Shown piece by piece: positions 15,001 to 27,700 of a stretch of DNA of 64,000 nt. The position numbers and the translations under genes are program-made. The stretch comes from Trichoplax adhaerens. Taxonomy: Eukaryota > Animalia > Placozoa. The number at the start of each line of letters is the position of its first letter. Positions within the stretch are counted from its first letter, which is position 1. Location: NCBI RefSeq assembly GCF_000150275.1, contig NW_002060949.1, forward strand, positions 4,955,006 through 5,019,005, read 5' to 3'. Under the pieces are notes generated by a model that saw only the letters and a program-made list of their open reading frames with translations, had not been told where the DNA came from and searched no databases.

Positions 15001-15049
15001 TTTTTCTAGGGTACTGTCTTTCCGTGAATGCAGACAGACAAGAGAATAA
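9092..15049 (+). CDS. SLC46/PCFT-like MFS transporter paralog 3; exons 9092-9131 (candidate first exon; alternatively ATG 12496), 12548-13675, 14145-14228, 14647-14803, 15010-15049
   Basis: 414-aa ORF paralogous to the 4174-6320 gene, with identical 84- and 157-nt internal exon sizes and canonical splice sites. Stop TAA at 15047-15049. Confidence 0.85.
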
Positions 15050-16620
15050 ATAATTCGAAGTACCGAGGCCTGATATTACAGTACCTTTGTTGTTCACTAC
15101 ACCGTTGATTATTTATTTATCCTATGGGCATGAATAGTTTAGAAAGCTCTGAATATTTGTACCATGTTTGCGGTTTAAGAATCGGAAGGGGTACATTGAT
15201 CTTCTTTCTCGCAAATCTAATCATAACCGGCTGTTTGAAAATCATAGCCATTACAATTAACTTCTCCCATGAAAATCTAACCTTAAGCATAAATCATGAT
15301 ACATGCACACATAAACAGTATGATTATTGTAGCGTTTGAGTTAGTTTGGCTTATACATCTATAAATCCCCACAGCTCGAATTAATTGCATTGTAATCATT
15401 TATACGTCACCTTGCTCATGTCTCTTGATAAATCAGTACGACTATCTGTACAATGAATTGAGGCATGGACTGGACTAAAGTAAAATTATGTGGTAATTTG
15501 ACTTTTGCACTTCATGCAATCCTATCTTATGTGCGTTAGAACTTGTTCAATTATAATTATGTTGAATCGCTTTGTAATATTAATATAATTATACTGTAAT
15601 ATTTGTTGTAATATCAAGGCCAATTCGTAATAATTATTAATAAATAATAACCTTAGTGGATGCATATATTCATGAAGAATTTGTAGCATAACGTTTAGAA
15701 TGAATATCGCCAGTCACTGACTTCTGACTAACACTTAAGCAATCTGCAATACGCGAAAGTGTACCTAGATACTGTAGCATGTTCATGAGCTATCCAATGA
15801 TGTATAATTATTTTTTTTACCGAGTCTAATAAAACGTTGACAGTAAAAGTATCTACGATCTTGTCACTATATTTCCACAGTAGTAAAATTATCCAATGGT
15901 GTGAACAAGTTTCGACTTAGAGGGCTTTCAAAAGGAAAAGATAGTGTTATTGCAGTAGTTTGCAGAAAGGTAATCGGTTCACCAATGTTACTACTGTACA
16001 CACTGATTCTAAACCTCATATATAAGAAGCATGACTGCTAGGGTAGCAGGTACAAATATCGTTCTTTATCTAATTAATATTATTTACCCTTGACAGCAAT
16101 GGCGATGTGCTTTAAAGTGATGTACATGTACTTTAATGTCTGGGAATCAGCATAGAATCGTACGTAAGTGGCGAATCTCTATCACGTAGCAGCGAAGGTG
16201 AAAATCTAAATATGATTACGTACTATGCGCAGTAATCAGCCACTAGAGCTCTAATGCTCAATAACAGCAAGCACCTAAATAGTTTAGTAAATATAATTTC
16301 ATGTACATCAAGCAGCCTACTAGACTAAATGATACAAATTTTGAATTTCACCCTGAAGCTACTTGCTAATGCGTATGTCTAACTATATCAGTTTCAAGGA
16401 TGAATTTGTAGAACTGCAAACTATGTATATGTAACCTATCGCATAAGAATATCAAACTCTATCCTAAGCTGAAAGAGGATAAAATGCTTGCAATTTGTAT
16501 CGATGTCAAATACGGTATTTCTTGTAATTTGGCACAAGATTACGTTAAATCAAGTTTTTATTTTAACATTGGAACTGACAGGTGTAGTAAATTTACAGAA
16601 GAGAATTTAATCCCAAGAAA

Positions 16621-17054
16621 TTAATCGAATAAGCCGAAGCCCATGTCATCGTCAGATTCTTCTTCTTCTTCCTTCTCAGCTGGTTTTTCTTCCTTTTCTG
16701 CTTCAGGGGCAGCACCACCTCCAGCCGATGCACCAGCACCTACAAATAATTGTAAAAGTACAAATTAAACTATTAGCCGATATTGGAATTGATCGATCGA
16801 AATCATCGCTTAAGCATGGAAATTCTTGGTATACCTGATGAGACAGCACCTCCAGATGGAACAGATGCTAATTTTGAAAGACCCCCTTTGATCACCTCAT
16901 CTACATCTTTACCTTCTAGTTCAGAGATTACTTTACTTAATCTTTCACTATCAACATCGATACCAACGCTGCCTAAAATACTTTCAATATCCGATGCACT
17001 AGGTGAATCGTTGCCACCAAGTCGTGCTAACAAGTATGCACTCACGTATCTCAT
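16621..17054 (-). CDS. RPLP2: 60S acidic ribosomal protein P2; coding exons 16835-17054 and 16621-16739
   Basis: N-terminus [14 protein letters not shown]; spliced C-terminus [16 protein letters not shown], the conserved P-protein epitope. Confidence 0.97.
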
Positions 17055-17388
17055 CTATCAACAGAAATCCATCAATAACTATAAGAAAAACGAAACGATT
17101 TACCAATAACAGCGTAGACCGACTCCAATGACTAACTCTATTACTATCAAAGAGTGGGTGAATTCAATTTTACGCCATCAAACTGACTACGCTATCAAGG
17201 CTACTTTTAGGTATAGCGCCATCTTCCACTAGTGTAATCTTTGAAATGACTCTAAAATGATCCTTATCAATCAATTACTATCCTATTTTGTACCATTTAG
17301 CCTTATTTTATTTCTATCTAGGTAATTTTACCAGTTTTTTTACCGTTATAAGCTGTAAACTAACTTATTTTAAGGGCAAGAAACTTAC

Positions 17389-17435
17389 TTTTCTCGAGGT
17401 TGTACACGCCGTAAATGTCGTAGTGTCAAAAGAGG
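17389..17435 (-). promoter_or_regulatory. RPLP2 non-coding first exon beginning at a TCT-motif/5'TOP (CCTCTTTT)
   Basis: The minus strand reads CCTCTTTTGACAC...GAGAAAA|GTAAGT, and an acceptor AG sits directly before the ATG at 17054. Confidence 0.7.
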
Positions 17436-17519
17436 ATGAAGCTTCGTCACAACGTGGTTTTATGACCGTCAGGCACCGCGGTCGGTGAGTCTTGTTCAAC
17501 AACCATGGTGCAAACCATA

Positions 17520-18310
17520 CTCTACAGTAATATATTACTGTATGGTAGAGTACGGCACAGGGTGTAGTGTACAGTACACTCTGTGAAAAAATGCATGGAT
17601 ACAGTAGAGTACAAACCAGCGGTCAACCAGTGTTACAGTACTGTACTACTGTATACAGTACACTGTACTGTAGACGCAGTGCATACTGTACAGTACTGTA
17701 CAGTACAGTACAGTACTGTACTACAGTACTTTTACAGCTTACAACTTACAGTACTGTACTGTAGTACAGCACTGTGACTGTTAATGCACGCTTTTTTTAT
17801 GTACTGTACAGTATAGTACTGTACAGTACAGTACAGTACACGACGCTACAGTACGATACACTGTACAGTACAGTACATGAGTACAGTACTGTACTGTACA
17901 GTATACTGTTGCGGACTACTAGACGGACAGGCAACGGCCGCTTATTAAGAAGACCTCCATAGTCAATTAGTCATTCATATTGTAGTGTTGCGGACTACTA
18001 GACGGAAAGGCAACGGCCGCTTATTAAGAAGACTAAAATGATAAGACTGACTATTTTGCTGGCCATCTCAACTAAATTGGATGTCTGAAATGATATACTA
18101 TAAGTATACTGTCTGCAATTGCCATCCAAAATGGCTGCTTGACTGTAAATTCAGGGCACAGCTACTGCGCTACAGTCGTGTCTTGTACTGTACAGTACGC
18201 TATACTGTAGTGTACTGTACTGTACAGTTACAGCGTACAGTACAGTACTCTAGTGGTCCTTAATACAGTATACTGTACTGTACAGTACTGTACAGTATAC
18301 TGTACAGTAC
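17520..18310. repeat. Dense TACAG/CTGTA palindromic pentamer tract
   Basis: Long runs such as TACTGTACAGTACTGTACAGTA, a perfect 22-bp palindrome at 17684-17705 and 18276-18297. Confidence 0.95.
17907..18033. repeat. 48-bp GC-rich direct duplication embedded in the tract
   Basis: TGTTGCGGACTACTAGACGGA(C/A)AGGCAACGGCCGCTTATTAAGAAGAC at 17907-17954 and 17986-18033. Confidence 0.93.
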
Positions 18311-18314
18311 AAAC

Positions 18315-18995
18315 TCACGTAGACGGCTTGCGATAATGTACCCATTTGTTAATAATTAACAGATAGTATTACCATTCGACATTATATATATTTATATATA
18401 TAAGGAGAGCGGGAATGGCAATGAAGGATGACTAATATAGTAGCTCTCCACTTCCTAGGATATTATTTGCCAAAAAAAATAAACAGTTGAAATACTGTAT
18501 TTTGGATTAGTATTAGTTCTCTCAAACTTGCATAGAACTATTCACGTCGACGGCTTACGATAATGTACCCATTTGTTAATAATTAACAGATAGTATTACC
18601 ATTCGACGTTATACATATATATATAAGGAGAGCGGGAATGGCAATGAAGGATGACTAATATAGTAGCTCTCCACTTCCTAGGATATTATTTGCCAAAAAA
18701 ATAAACAGTTGAAATACTGTATTTTGGATTAGTACTGTATTAGTTCTCTCAAACTTGCATAGAACTATTCACGTCGACGGCTTGCGATAATGTACCCATT
18801 TGTTAATAATTAACAGATAGTATTACCATTCGACATTATATATATTTATATATATAAGGAGAGCGGGAATGGCAATGAAGGATGACTAATATAGTAGCTC
18901 TCCACTTCCTAGGATATTATTTGCCAAAAAAATAAACAGTTGAAATACTGTATTTTGGATTAGTATTAGTTCTCTCAAATTTGCATAGAACTATT
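18315..18995. repeat. Tandem array, 3 copies of a 227-bp unit
   Basis: TCACGT(A/C)GACGGCTT starts at 18315, 18542 and 18769. Confidence 0.96.
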
Positions 18996-19619
18996 GTGTT
19001 GTCTATTGAATTCGATTGGAGCATACTGTACACTACTGTACACTATATTGTAGAGAACCGTTTCAGTAGCCTGCTTGACTACAGATTCCGAGGGAAATGG
19101 GTATGTCCATCCACATGTCTATCATAGTAGAAGAAAGGAAAAAAGGGAATTTTGTTATGGATTGCCTATTAAGTTATTATAATGATGCAGTAGTCTCCAA
19201 TATGAGCCACACTGATTTATTATATTTTAAAACAATCAACTTGAATTAATGAAGTTATTCATAATGAATATGGTATAGCAAAGTAATGATCTGATATCAA
19301 TATTTTGGGCAACGTCTCATTATAATAAAGTCGTTGACGGGTCCGACAGTCTGAAATAGACTTCCTGCCAAGTTGACCGAAAAGGCAAGATTGATCATAG
19401 TTGATCATGTATTGAGCGAGGTGGAAAAATAGCCAACGTTATTAACGAGCAATTTACTGTGCTAATTTTAGTAGACTGGCGCCATTCTACGACTGAAAAA
19501 TCTTCATCGTCGATAGCTAACAATTAGTACTATCCATATGATATTATTAAGACTACACGGGAAAACTCAAGTAGTTTGATAAGCTTCAATAGGGCCTTGA
19601 ATCCCGTCAACATTCAAGA

Positions 19620-20656
19620 ATGAAGAACACCACCTATCATAATAACTCAACAGGTACCACTCCTTCGCCTATTCAGGTAATCACTATCTATGGTATCATA
19701 TTTATTTTATCCTCCATTGGTAATGTTTTACTATGTGTAGTAACGTATAAGCAACACCATCGACGCTATTCTAGTGCTAGGTTATTTATATTCAACTTAG
19801 CAATTGCTGATCTGATTACAACCGCAAGTATACCCTTTATAGCCGTAGTGACTGTCTTTGACGAATTTCCCTTCGATGATTTCCTGTGTAAAGCTATTTA
19901 CAGTGTTCGCAATTGGGCAGTCTATGCAACGGCGTTAAATCTTGTCGCCATTAGCTACGACCGTTTGCTTTGTATTCGATCGCCGTTAACCTTTGGATTG
20001 AGTAAAAGATCAACTATTACGCTTATACTCATCGTTTGGTTTACAGCATTGATAGCTGTCTTCCCGCAATGGGTTATACTTCAGGTTCAGGAATTTCATG
20101 GTGATCATTATTGCATCGAAGCATGGACATCGCTAAAGAGTCGCCAAGCTTATTCAATCTCGATGGCGGTGTTATTCTATTTTATTCCCTTACTATGTAT
20201 TTGCATTTTCAACACTGGTATCGCATTAACCATATATAAAGCAGCAAGACAAGAAATTAATCGCAGCAAGGTTATTTCCAAGAGTAAAAGAAAAATCACC
20301 ATCATGATGGCAGTTATATGCATCATATTTTTCTCCTGTTATGCGTTAGCTTACATCCTTATCATATTAATTGATTTCAGTGCTCTCCCTTTGAATCCAT
20401 TCAATTCTTCGGATATATCCTTTTTCTTATTGCTGACTATATTGCTTATTCTCATTCTATTTGGAATCCTATTATCTATGGATTATTTACTATTGCAGTG
20501 AGAAAATACTCCAACAAATTGCTCTCATGTACTCGTTCGAAATCTCGCAATTCAGTGATAGAAAAAAATGGGACCAAACTTGCAACAATGACGCAAAATC
20601 GTAATCTCTCCAAGAGCAACCTAACTACGGTGCAACCTCTTCAAACAACTGTATGA
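19620..20656 (+). CDS. Intronless class A (rhodopsin-family, peptide-receptor-like) GPCR with an apparent 1-nt frameshift before TM7 (pseudogene, allele or assembly error)
   Basis: GN in TM1, NLAIAD in TM2 and YDRL (DRY-like) are in the first frame. TM7 SHSIWNPIIY (NPxxY at 20465-20479) and the C-tail to TGA 20654-20656 are in a different frame. Confidence 0.85.
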
Positions 20657-23600
20657 AAGAACGGATTGATAACCAAACTGAATAGCTATTGTAATCAAAT
20701 AAAAGTGGATGGTCTAGCAAATTCTTGATCATATAAAAAAAGGGTTATCGTGAATAAACGCCTGGGTAATCATAAATTACTTCGTATGCTCTGCACCTTA
20801 TCATTGTCTGTAGCAAAATCATGATTAACGCGAAATAAGGGTAATAGCCGTTTAAAGCTGCTAGATAATTTTGGAATATCTCAAAATTTACAAAGTATGA
20901 AGATAATGATCTTTAGCGAAAACTTTCTCGGTTTTAATATATATTGTATATACTGCACAGTATAATATCGACGAATAGGAACAGACATAATATTATTAAG
21001 TTTATCAGAAACGCTTGTAAAGCGATTCTACTGAAGATTGGTTTGATAAGATTGTTTTGATTTAGTAACTACAAAGTGTCAACTGCTAGCACTTTAAGAG
21101 ATATTTTATTGCACTCCATTTAATCAACGAAAATTGAAAATTGACGTAGCAAATTGATCATGATTCAATGCAAAACAAATCAATTCACCGAATGATCAAT
21201 TTTGTGAGTTCGATTTTATAGTTATTACTGATTGTAAATTTTTTAGCCCTTCGAAATAAAGGTACATTATTCTCAATGAAGCTGATTTTTGGTTGCACTT
21301 TGTTAGCCTATGTAATAACGGTATATAAAGATGCTTACTATAAAGCAGCAATGACTATACATCGTATCATAGTATAGGAAGGTAAATAACTTGTCTATTT
21401 TGCAACACTTTCTTAATCTTTTCCTTGATCAATAGCAAATAAATAGAATAATGGCACATTTAGAGAACTGTAAATTCATGAGAGGTAAAGTCAATAGATA
21501 ATAAAAGAGTTATTATTCATTTGTTTATGACTTTGACGAGTTAATATGGCAACTGTGGGTACAATAATGCCTCTATATGGTGCAACAATTAAATGGAATT
21601 GCTCTTACAAAGTATAACAGAAGAATTAATTCTTCTGTTGCATTGTTTGCAGTTACTACGGAAACATAACTATCATACACAAGTAAATTTTTTATCGAGT
21701 TATTAATTAAGCTGGACTCGATTGAATATCCATCATACTAGGTATAATTATTTCCGTTAATTTTAAAGTTAAAGATTATACTGTTAAAATCAGCTCGAAA
21801 ACTTAAATTACGCTAACTATGCTACGTATTTATTATTTAATGAATCATGGCAACTATTGAAAATCAATTACTTTACTTCAGGTCTTTAGCCTCATGATAG
21901 ATAGTAATAAATGGCAAACGTGGCCCGAAATTCAAACTAGCCTATTTCAGTGTCCTCACGCTATTCACTGAATTAGAGAGATATTGCTATAACTATATAA
22001 ATAGTATACTGGCGTTGTAAAGTACTGTACAGTTCATTCTAGCTGCTGTTACATTCTTGCTACTATGTTAGTATTGCTCCGCGTATTCTAGGTTAGAAAG
22101 TAAAATAAATTTAAAGATGGATGAAAATGGCTGTCATCAATAAACAATAAGATTCGGTCAGAGTCAATCTATCAGGTATGCAATACTAGGAGTTTCATAC
22201 TACAGTTCAATCTTGATACCCTCTATATTAGATAAATAAAATCTTCAGGATATATGGTTTCGTGCGTAATCAGTACCTGTATGAATTACCTTCAGTAATC
22301 TAACTTCAAAACAGTATCACTTTATTGCTATTTATTAGCTATCAATAAGTATACGATATTGTTAGGTGTAAGATGCGTTGTTATTAACTATATGGTACTA
22401 CACGGATACTGCTGAACGTTAGGATAATTAAACTTAAAAATACTACAGTAGCTAGCGCAATCAATCATAAGAAACGCTATAGTACCGGTGTCAGAGTTTA
22501 GAAATGCTATAAAAGAACCCGTATTTCATCGCTTTTCGGAGTCAGTTAAAGCAAGGCACAACTCTGCTAATTATAAATTGTTGAAAGCAAGCGAAGAAAA
22601 CCCAACATAGGGCGATAGCTGCTACACAATCAATCAAGATAGGCAAGACCTTGAACAGCAAATTAATACCACTACTTTTACGGTAGTAGAAATAGCCGCC
22701 TTAAGTAGATAGTGAAGTTTGTTACAGTCAAACTAATAAATAGATCAATCAGATATATATCTCATTGTCGCCTAACTACTATAACTCGGTACTGTTTACA
22801 TTCTAAGTTAGAAAAATAATTCCAGCTGCAAATTGGTTATTTTTCTCGTTTATGGGTTCGAATTTGTAATCACTACTTGAATCAGTATATAAATTAGCTT
22901 GATACCGTTATGAATTTATTTACTTTCAATGGCAATCATCACAACTACCTTTAGCTCATTATTTTCTAGCAATTACACCTCTCTCGTGCCTCCTCTTCAC
23001 TAAATTATGAGCTCAAATTTTATAGATATAACAATTAATTTACGGCAAACCTACACAGCTATCAATACACATTACTTAAATAACATTATAAATAGATGTA
23101 GCACACCGTCAAGCTAGTTGCAAGTATTTATTATCTCTTTATTAATACATGCTTGTTAAATTATCTAACAAATGCCATATGGCGATGATTAAATAATTCT
23201 CTTGCATTATAATAATGTATCGTACTTTAGCACACACGAGGTACAAAATGCACTAGCATCAAGGCAGTTGATTTAGATAATTCAGCTTTATCTAAATAAA
23301 CGGCATTAGAACTTTGAAATAGCATTATTATCGCATCTTAATGCAGTTCATATAATTATTTTATGCCCATAACCAAATGTATTTTTAATAATAATTAATA
23401 GAGTCATCATATAGATAACTCCTATACTGTAGATTTAGTAAATATTTATTTACATTCAATGTTATCATGAAACCAAAAGGCAACAAAAATTATGCTATAA
23501 CAACAGCGTAATAATTTTTCGCGATCAGGTCATTTGTTGTTCTTCTACGCTATACAAGAATATCGTAAGTCTATCTATCGATACTAAGCAAAGTTCAGAT

Positions 23601-24789
23601 ATATTCTACTGAGCGATAAAGATCACCCCCACACGCTAAGCTTAATCGACTTATGATCTGATCAAGCAATGTACGAGTATACACGTATAATACGCATATG
23701 CCGCACCGTTACTCTAAATCATTTCTGTCGTAAAATACTGTTGATAGAGTTAATTTTTTCTCTTCTGGCATAATCCACAGAATTAGTTCATGCAGTTGAT
23801 AACAATCTACTTTAAATCCTTTAGAGATTTCATTATCCAGTATTAATTATAAAATTTGATGTTGTCATGGTATTAACAGAAAAGACTAGTTTACGAAAAT
23901 CTACTTGCACCTTATATAAAGTGACGTGCATTCGCATATCAGCTACACTTTTAAAAATAATGATAATTTCATTCTGAAATTCGGATGAAAGCATACATGA
24001 AATTTATTGATAGGTTTAACGCGATAAATAATAATTACAAGACTAATTCATCAGAAATAGATTCCATGAAGCTTGTCATAAATTCGCAATTTCATTTAGA
24101 GGATACAGTGTTGGTTAAATAAACAATTACAATATCTGTTGAGAAGTATGGTAATTGCAGTTTTGCCATCATATTCACAAATCTGTCATTTAGATATTAA
24201 TACTGGAAATGATACAATTATGAGTATTTAACTCAACACAAGAAATTTACATTTCGATTCATCAATTTACGTTAATATATGTATATATTTACATGTACAG
24301 AGTCTAAACACGAATAAAATTGAACTAAAATTTTTGATAAATGCCGCTCTTTTATAGATTTCACTTACTGTCGATATAGTCGAGTTATATATATGTCACA
24401 AATTGATTCGCTATTAGGTTAGTTGCGCCATCTTATATCGGAAATGGGTAATAAAAAGTCATGTAGTACCAATTCAATGTACAGGAACTTCAATAATAAT
24501 ATCAATTACTTTGTACAATTTAACGTCGTCGTAGCGCAGATAAAATACTTTTATCAATAACTGAGTTATAAAATTACTTACTGTAAGAATTAGAACTCAT
24601 ACCAAGTACCTGAATAAGATTATTAACTTGTTCATTGCAATGAGACAATGTACAGTAATATTTAAAAATATAATCCAAGCTTGCAAGGATAAAAAATTTT
24701 TAAAATGAGGCATCTCTTCTGTATATTTCCTTACCAAGTTTGCGCACAACACGACGACGATAAACTAATCTACAAAAGGCTAAATTAAA

Positions 24790-27700
24790 TTAAATAATCG
24801 GTTGAGATTTCTTCATCTCAATGTCTAGCTTGGCTAGATTCTTCTTTATCCGTAATGCTGTTAATCTTGCCGGCGCAGACTGATGCCAACATTCAGATAG
24901 AACTTGACCAATAACTCGCATATGCTATAATTGTTAACAAGGATAAAAAAAGCGATTACACCTAAGATAACAGTTATAGCTATATCTTTCATGTTGCGAT
25001 AACACTTACCGCATCCCTAATCCATACATCATATATTGGTGGCCGTGTGTTTTGCAGCACTACAACCTCCTTCATTATTTCAAAACCTGGGTCCTGCGGT
25101 ACCTTATCCCAATAAGGTAAATGGTGTTCAACTATTCGATCATCATCGTCTATTATAGAGAGTGTATACACATATGTATCAAAAGATAGTTCTAACTATT
25201 TATAGGAAAATGCAAACAATTCAAACGTAAGGAAAAGCAATAATTATTTACCGTTGATAACGCTGCAAATGCATATTTCCCACAATACAAGACCAAAGGA
25301 GTAAACATCTGCCCTTTTAATGTCTTCAAATTTAGCGGTATTCAAAGTATCATTTAGAACTTCTGGAGCCATGTATCTTTTCGTGCCTACTCGCTTGTTT
25401 GGAGCAATATCTACTGTATCTTTTTCGGAATCATAGCGCACAGCCAAGCCTAATAACAAGTAATATTAAGTAGAACAACGTTGATCTAGATTAAATTAGA
25501 CAGTAAAATTTTAAACCTGAAGTTTATTTTTCCTACCCAAATCTCCAATACAGCAAGTCTTGTCACGTTTAACGAGAATATTCCTGGATTTGATATCGCG
25601 ATGAGCTATAGCGGGCTTACCTTGTTTACCAACAATTTCCGCATGCAGATATGCTAAACCACTAGCAGCTGACAAAGCTAATCGAATCATGTCAAATTTA
25701 TCGCAATACTGACCCTTTGAAAATTAAGATAATAGAAAACTAAGCAGTGAGCAATAATATGTAAATTTTATTGGTTGTACCTGTAGATAATCATACAACG
25801 ATCCGAATTCATGATAATCTGTTACGAGATATAACTGAGTAACACTTTGGCTACCCATAATGTCAGAAGCGATGTAGCCTAAGATATTTTCATGTCTCAT
25901 TAATGTTGTTTCATAAATTTCAGTTTCTCTTCTCCACGACGCTTCCTATAATTGATATTTAAAATTATTGTTACATAAGCGTCTAGAGCAAATTCAAGCA
26001 TAAATACAGCACAGTGTATGAAATGACCTCTATTGAGTAAAATATCTTAACAGCAACAAATCCACCGCGCCATTTTGCCATCCAAACTTCACCAAATCTT
26101 CCTCTTCCAACGGCTTTTACTAAAGTGATCTCTTTAGCAAATGTTCTCTTGACCTATTTTAAAGATTGTGGTTATCTATCGTACAACTTGCATTCTAATA
26201 ATCCCATTCGCCTACATTTAATGAAATATAATTTTACCATCAACGGCCTTCCAGCGCCTGAACCCGAAGTAACTTCACTATAAATTTTATATGATTCCAT
26301 AGTCGCTGCACTTGTACCATTTCCATCATTCATATTTAAATCTAAGCTAGAAGACGACTCCCGCTGATATTTTCGCTTAAACCTATATTGAATGAATATG
26401 AGCGTTAAAGAACTTCTTGAGAAAATTTATTTTTTCGGGCAAAGGCATTTACGCTGAAAACCAATAAATGATCTAACGTTCTATTTATCACAAAATGTGA
26501 ACTTTATTAAAGAACACTGTATAGGTAAATTCTTTTACCTTAGATAGAGATAGCCGGTGGCTAATACGATGAAACTAGTACCAATAGCAGAACACACAAT
26601 TAATGCGATATCACCACTGTCGATTGGTCTTTGGGTGCTTTGAGTTCCTAAAAAAAAGGAATTACACGCGTATTGGTTGTGTTGAGGCATCTACGTAATT
26701 TTTCTATTACTTTCAAGAATCAATGATCGACGATATTACTACCACGTGATGTACAAAAGTCTAATTATTGAATCGATTTAAATCAGTCAATTTATATGTC
26801 GTTAATTATAAGTTAAGAGGGATTACAGCACCTAAAATAAAAAAGCGCGAAATATCTTATAACTCGTCTATAATTATTTAAAATTCAAATATCCTCGTTG
26901 ACACCTTTCCGTTAAAGATACAAAATTAATCGCTCCAGGATTTACCTATCGGCGTCGATGGCTGAGGCTTCATCGTTGGTGGAGGATAAGTAGGCGGCGC
27001 CAAATTGCAGTAATCAGAATTGCAACAACGTATATAATTTCGAATCGGTGCATCTTTATTCGGTACAAAGTTACAGTGAAATAGAGTCGAACCGCTACCG
27101 TTGACATGCGACAAACAACCCATAACACTAGTAGTTACACTGCCATTGACTTCGAGAGAATGATAGCATCTAGATTTATCACGATTAGTTGTATTGCACA
27201 ATTTACTGCCATTCTTACTAGTATAACAGTGATTTGCATTTCCATGACTGTTACAATAGCAAGTGAGAGATATCGCTGAAAATAGATAAGGTTTATAAAT
27301 TAGTTGATGCTTGTTTCTTCCTTTCTTCTTTTTCAACATTATCTTATAGATTGCTTGCACAACTCAGTCGACAGTGGACAGTCTAGTTGATGGGAGGATC
27401 GTGGATTATTATTTTTGCTAATGGTCAATTTAAGCTTTTTAATAGTTTTCATCACTAGTTGAGGGATTTACGTGTTTACAAAGTAATTTTTGGCCGTATC
27501 TTAAAAAGCTCTTGCTATATAATGGGCAAATAGAATTAATTAAAAAATAACTGATAAATTACGATTGATGCATTAATCAAGATAACAATATAAATTATCA
27601 GGCGATTAATTGGCGATATATCACTGATAACAGACACAGAATTGATTAAGTGAATAAACCGATTAGACCATGAAAAATGACTCTACGTACTTTTATACCG

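Noticed and set aside
16783-17109. 108-aa plus-strand ORF
   Set aside because: Antisense shadow of RPLP2 with a TTG start.
17055-17388. snoRNA in the RPLP2 first intron
   Set aside because: No minus-strand C box (RTGATGA) and D box (CTGA) pair or evident H/ACA double hairpin by eye. An Infernal search would settle it.
17567-18263. Short Y/S/T/V/C-rich ORFs here and at 30674, 41219-42547 and 59830-60322
   Set aside because: They are translations of the stop-poor pentamer and minisatellite repeats, open in several frames on both strands.
20700-24780. 4-kb gap between the convergent GPCR and receptor genes
   Set aside because: No ORF, repeat or RNA gene recognised. Probably 3' UTR or intergenic DNA.
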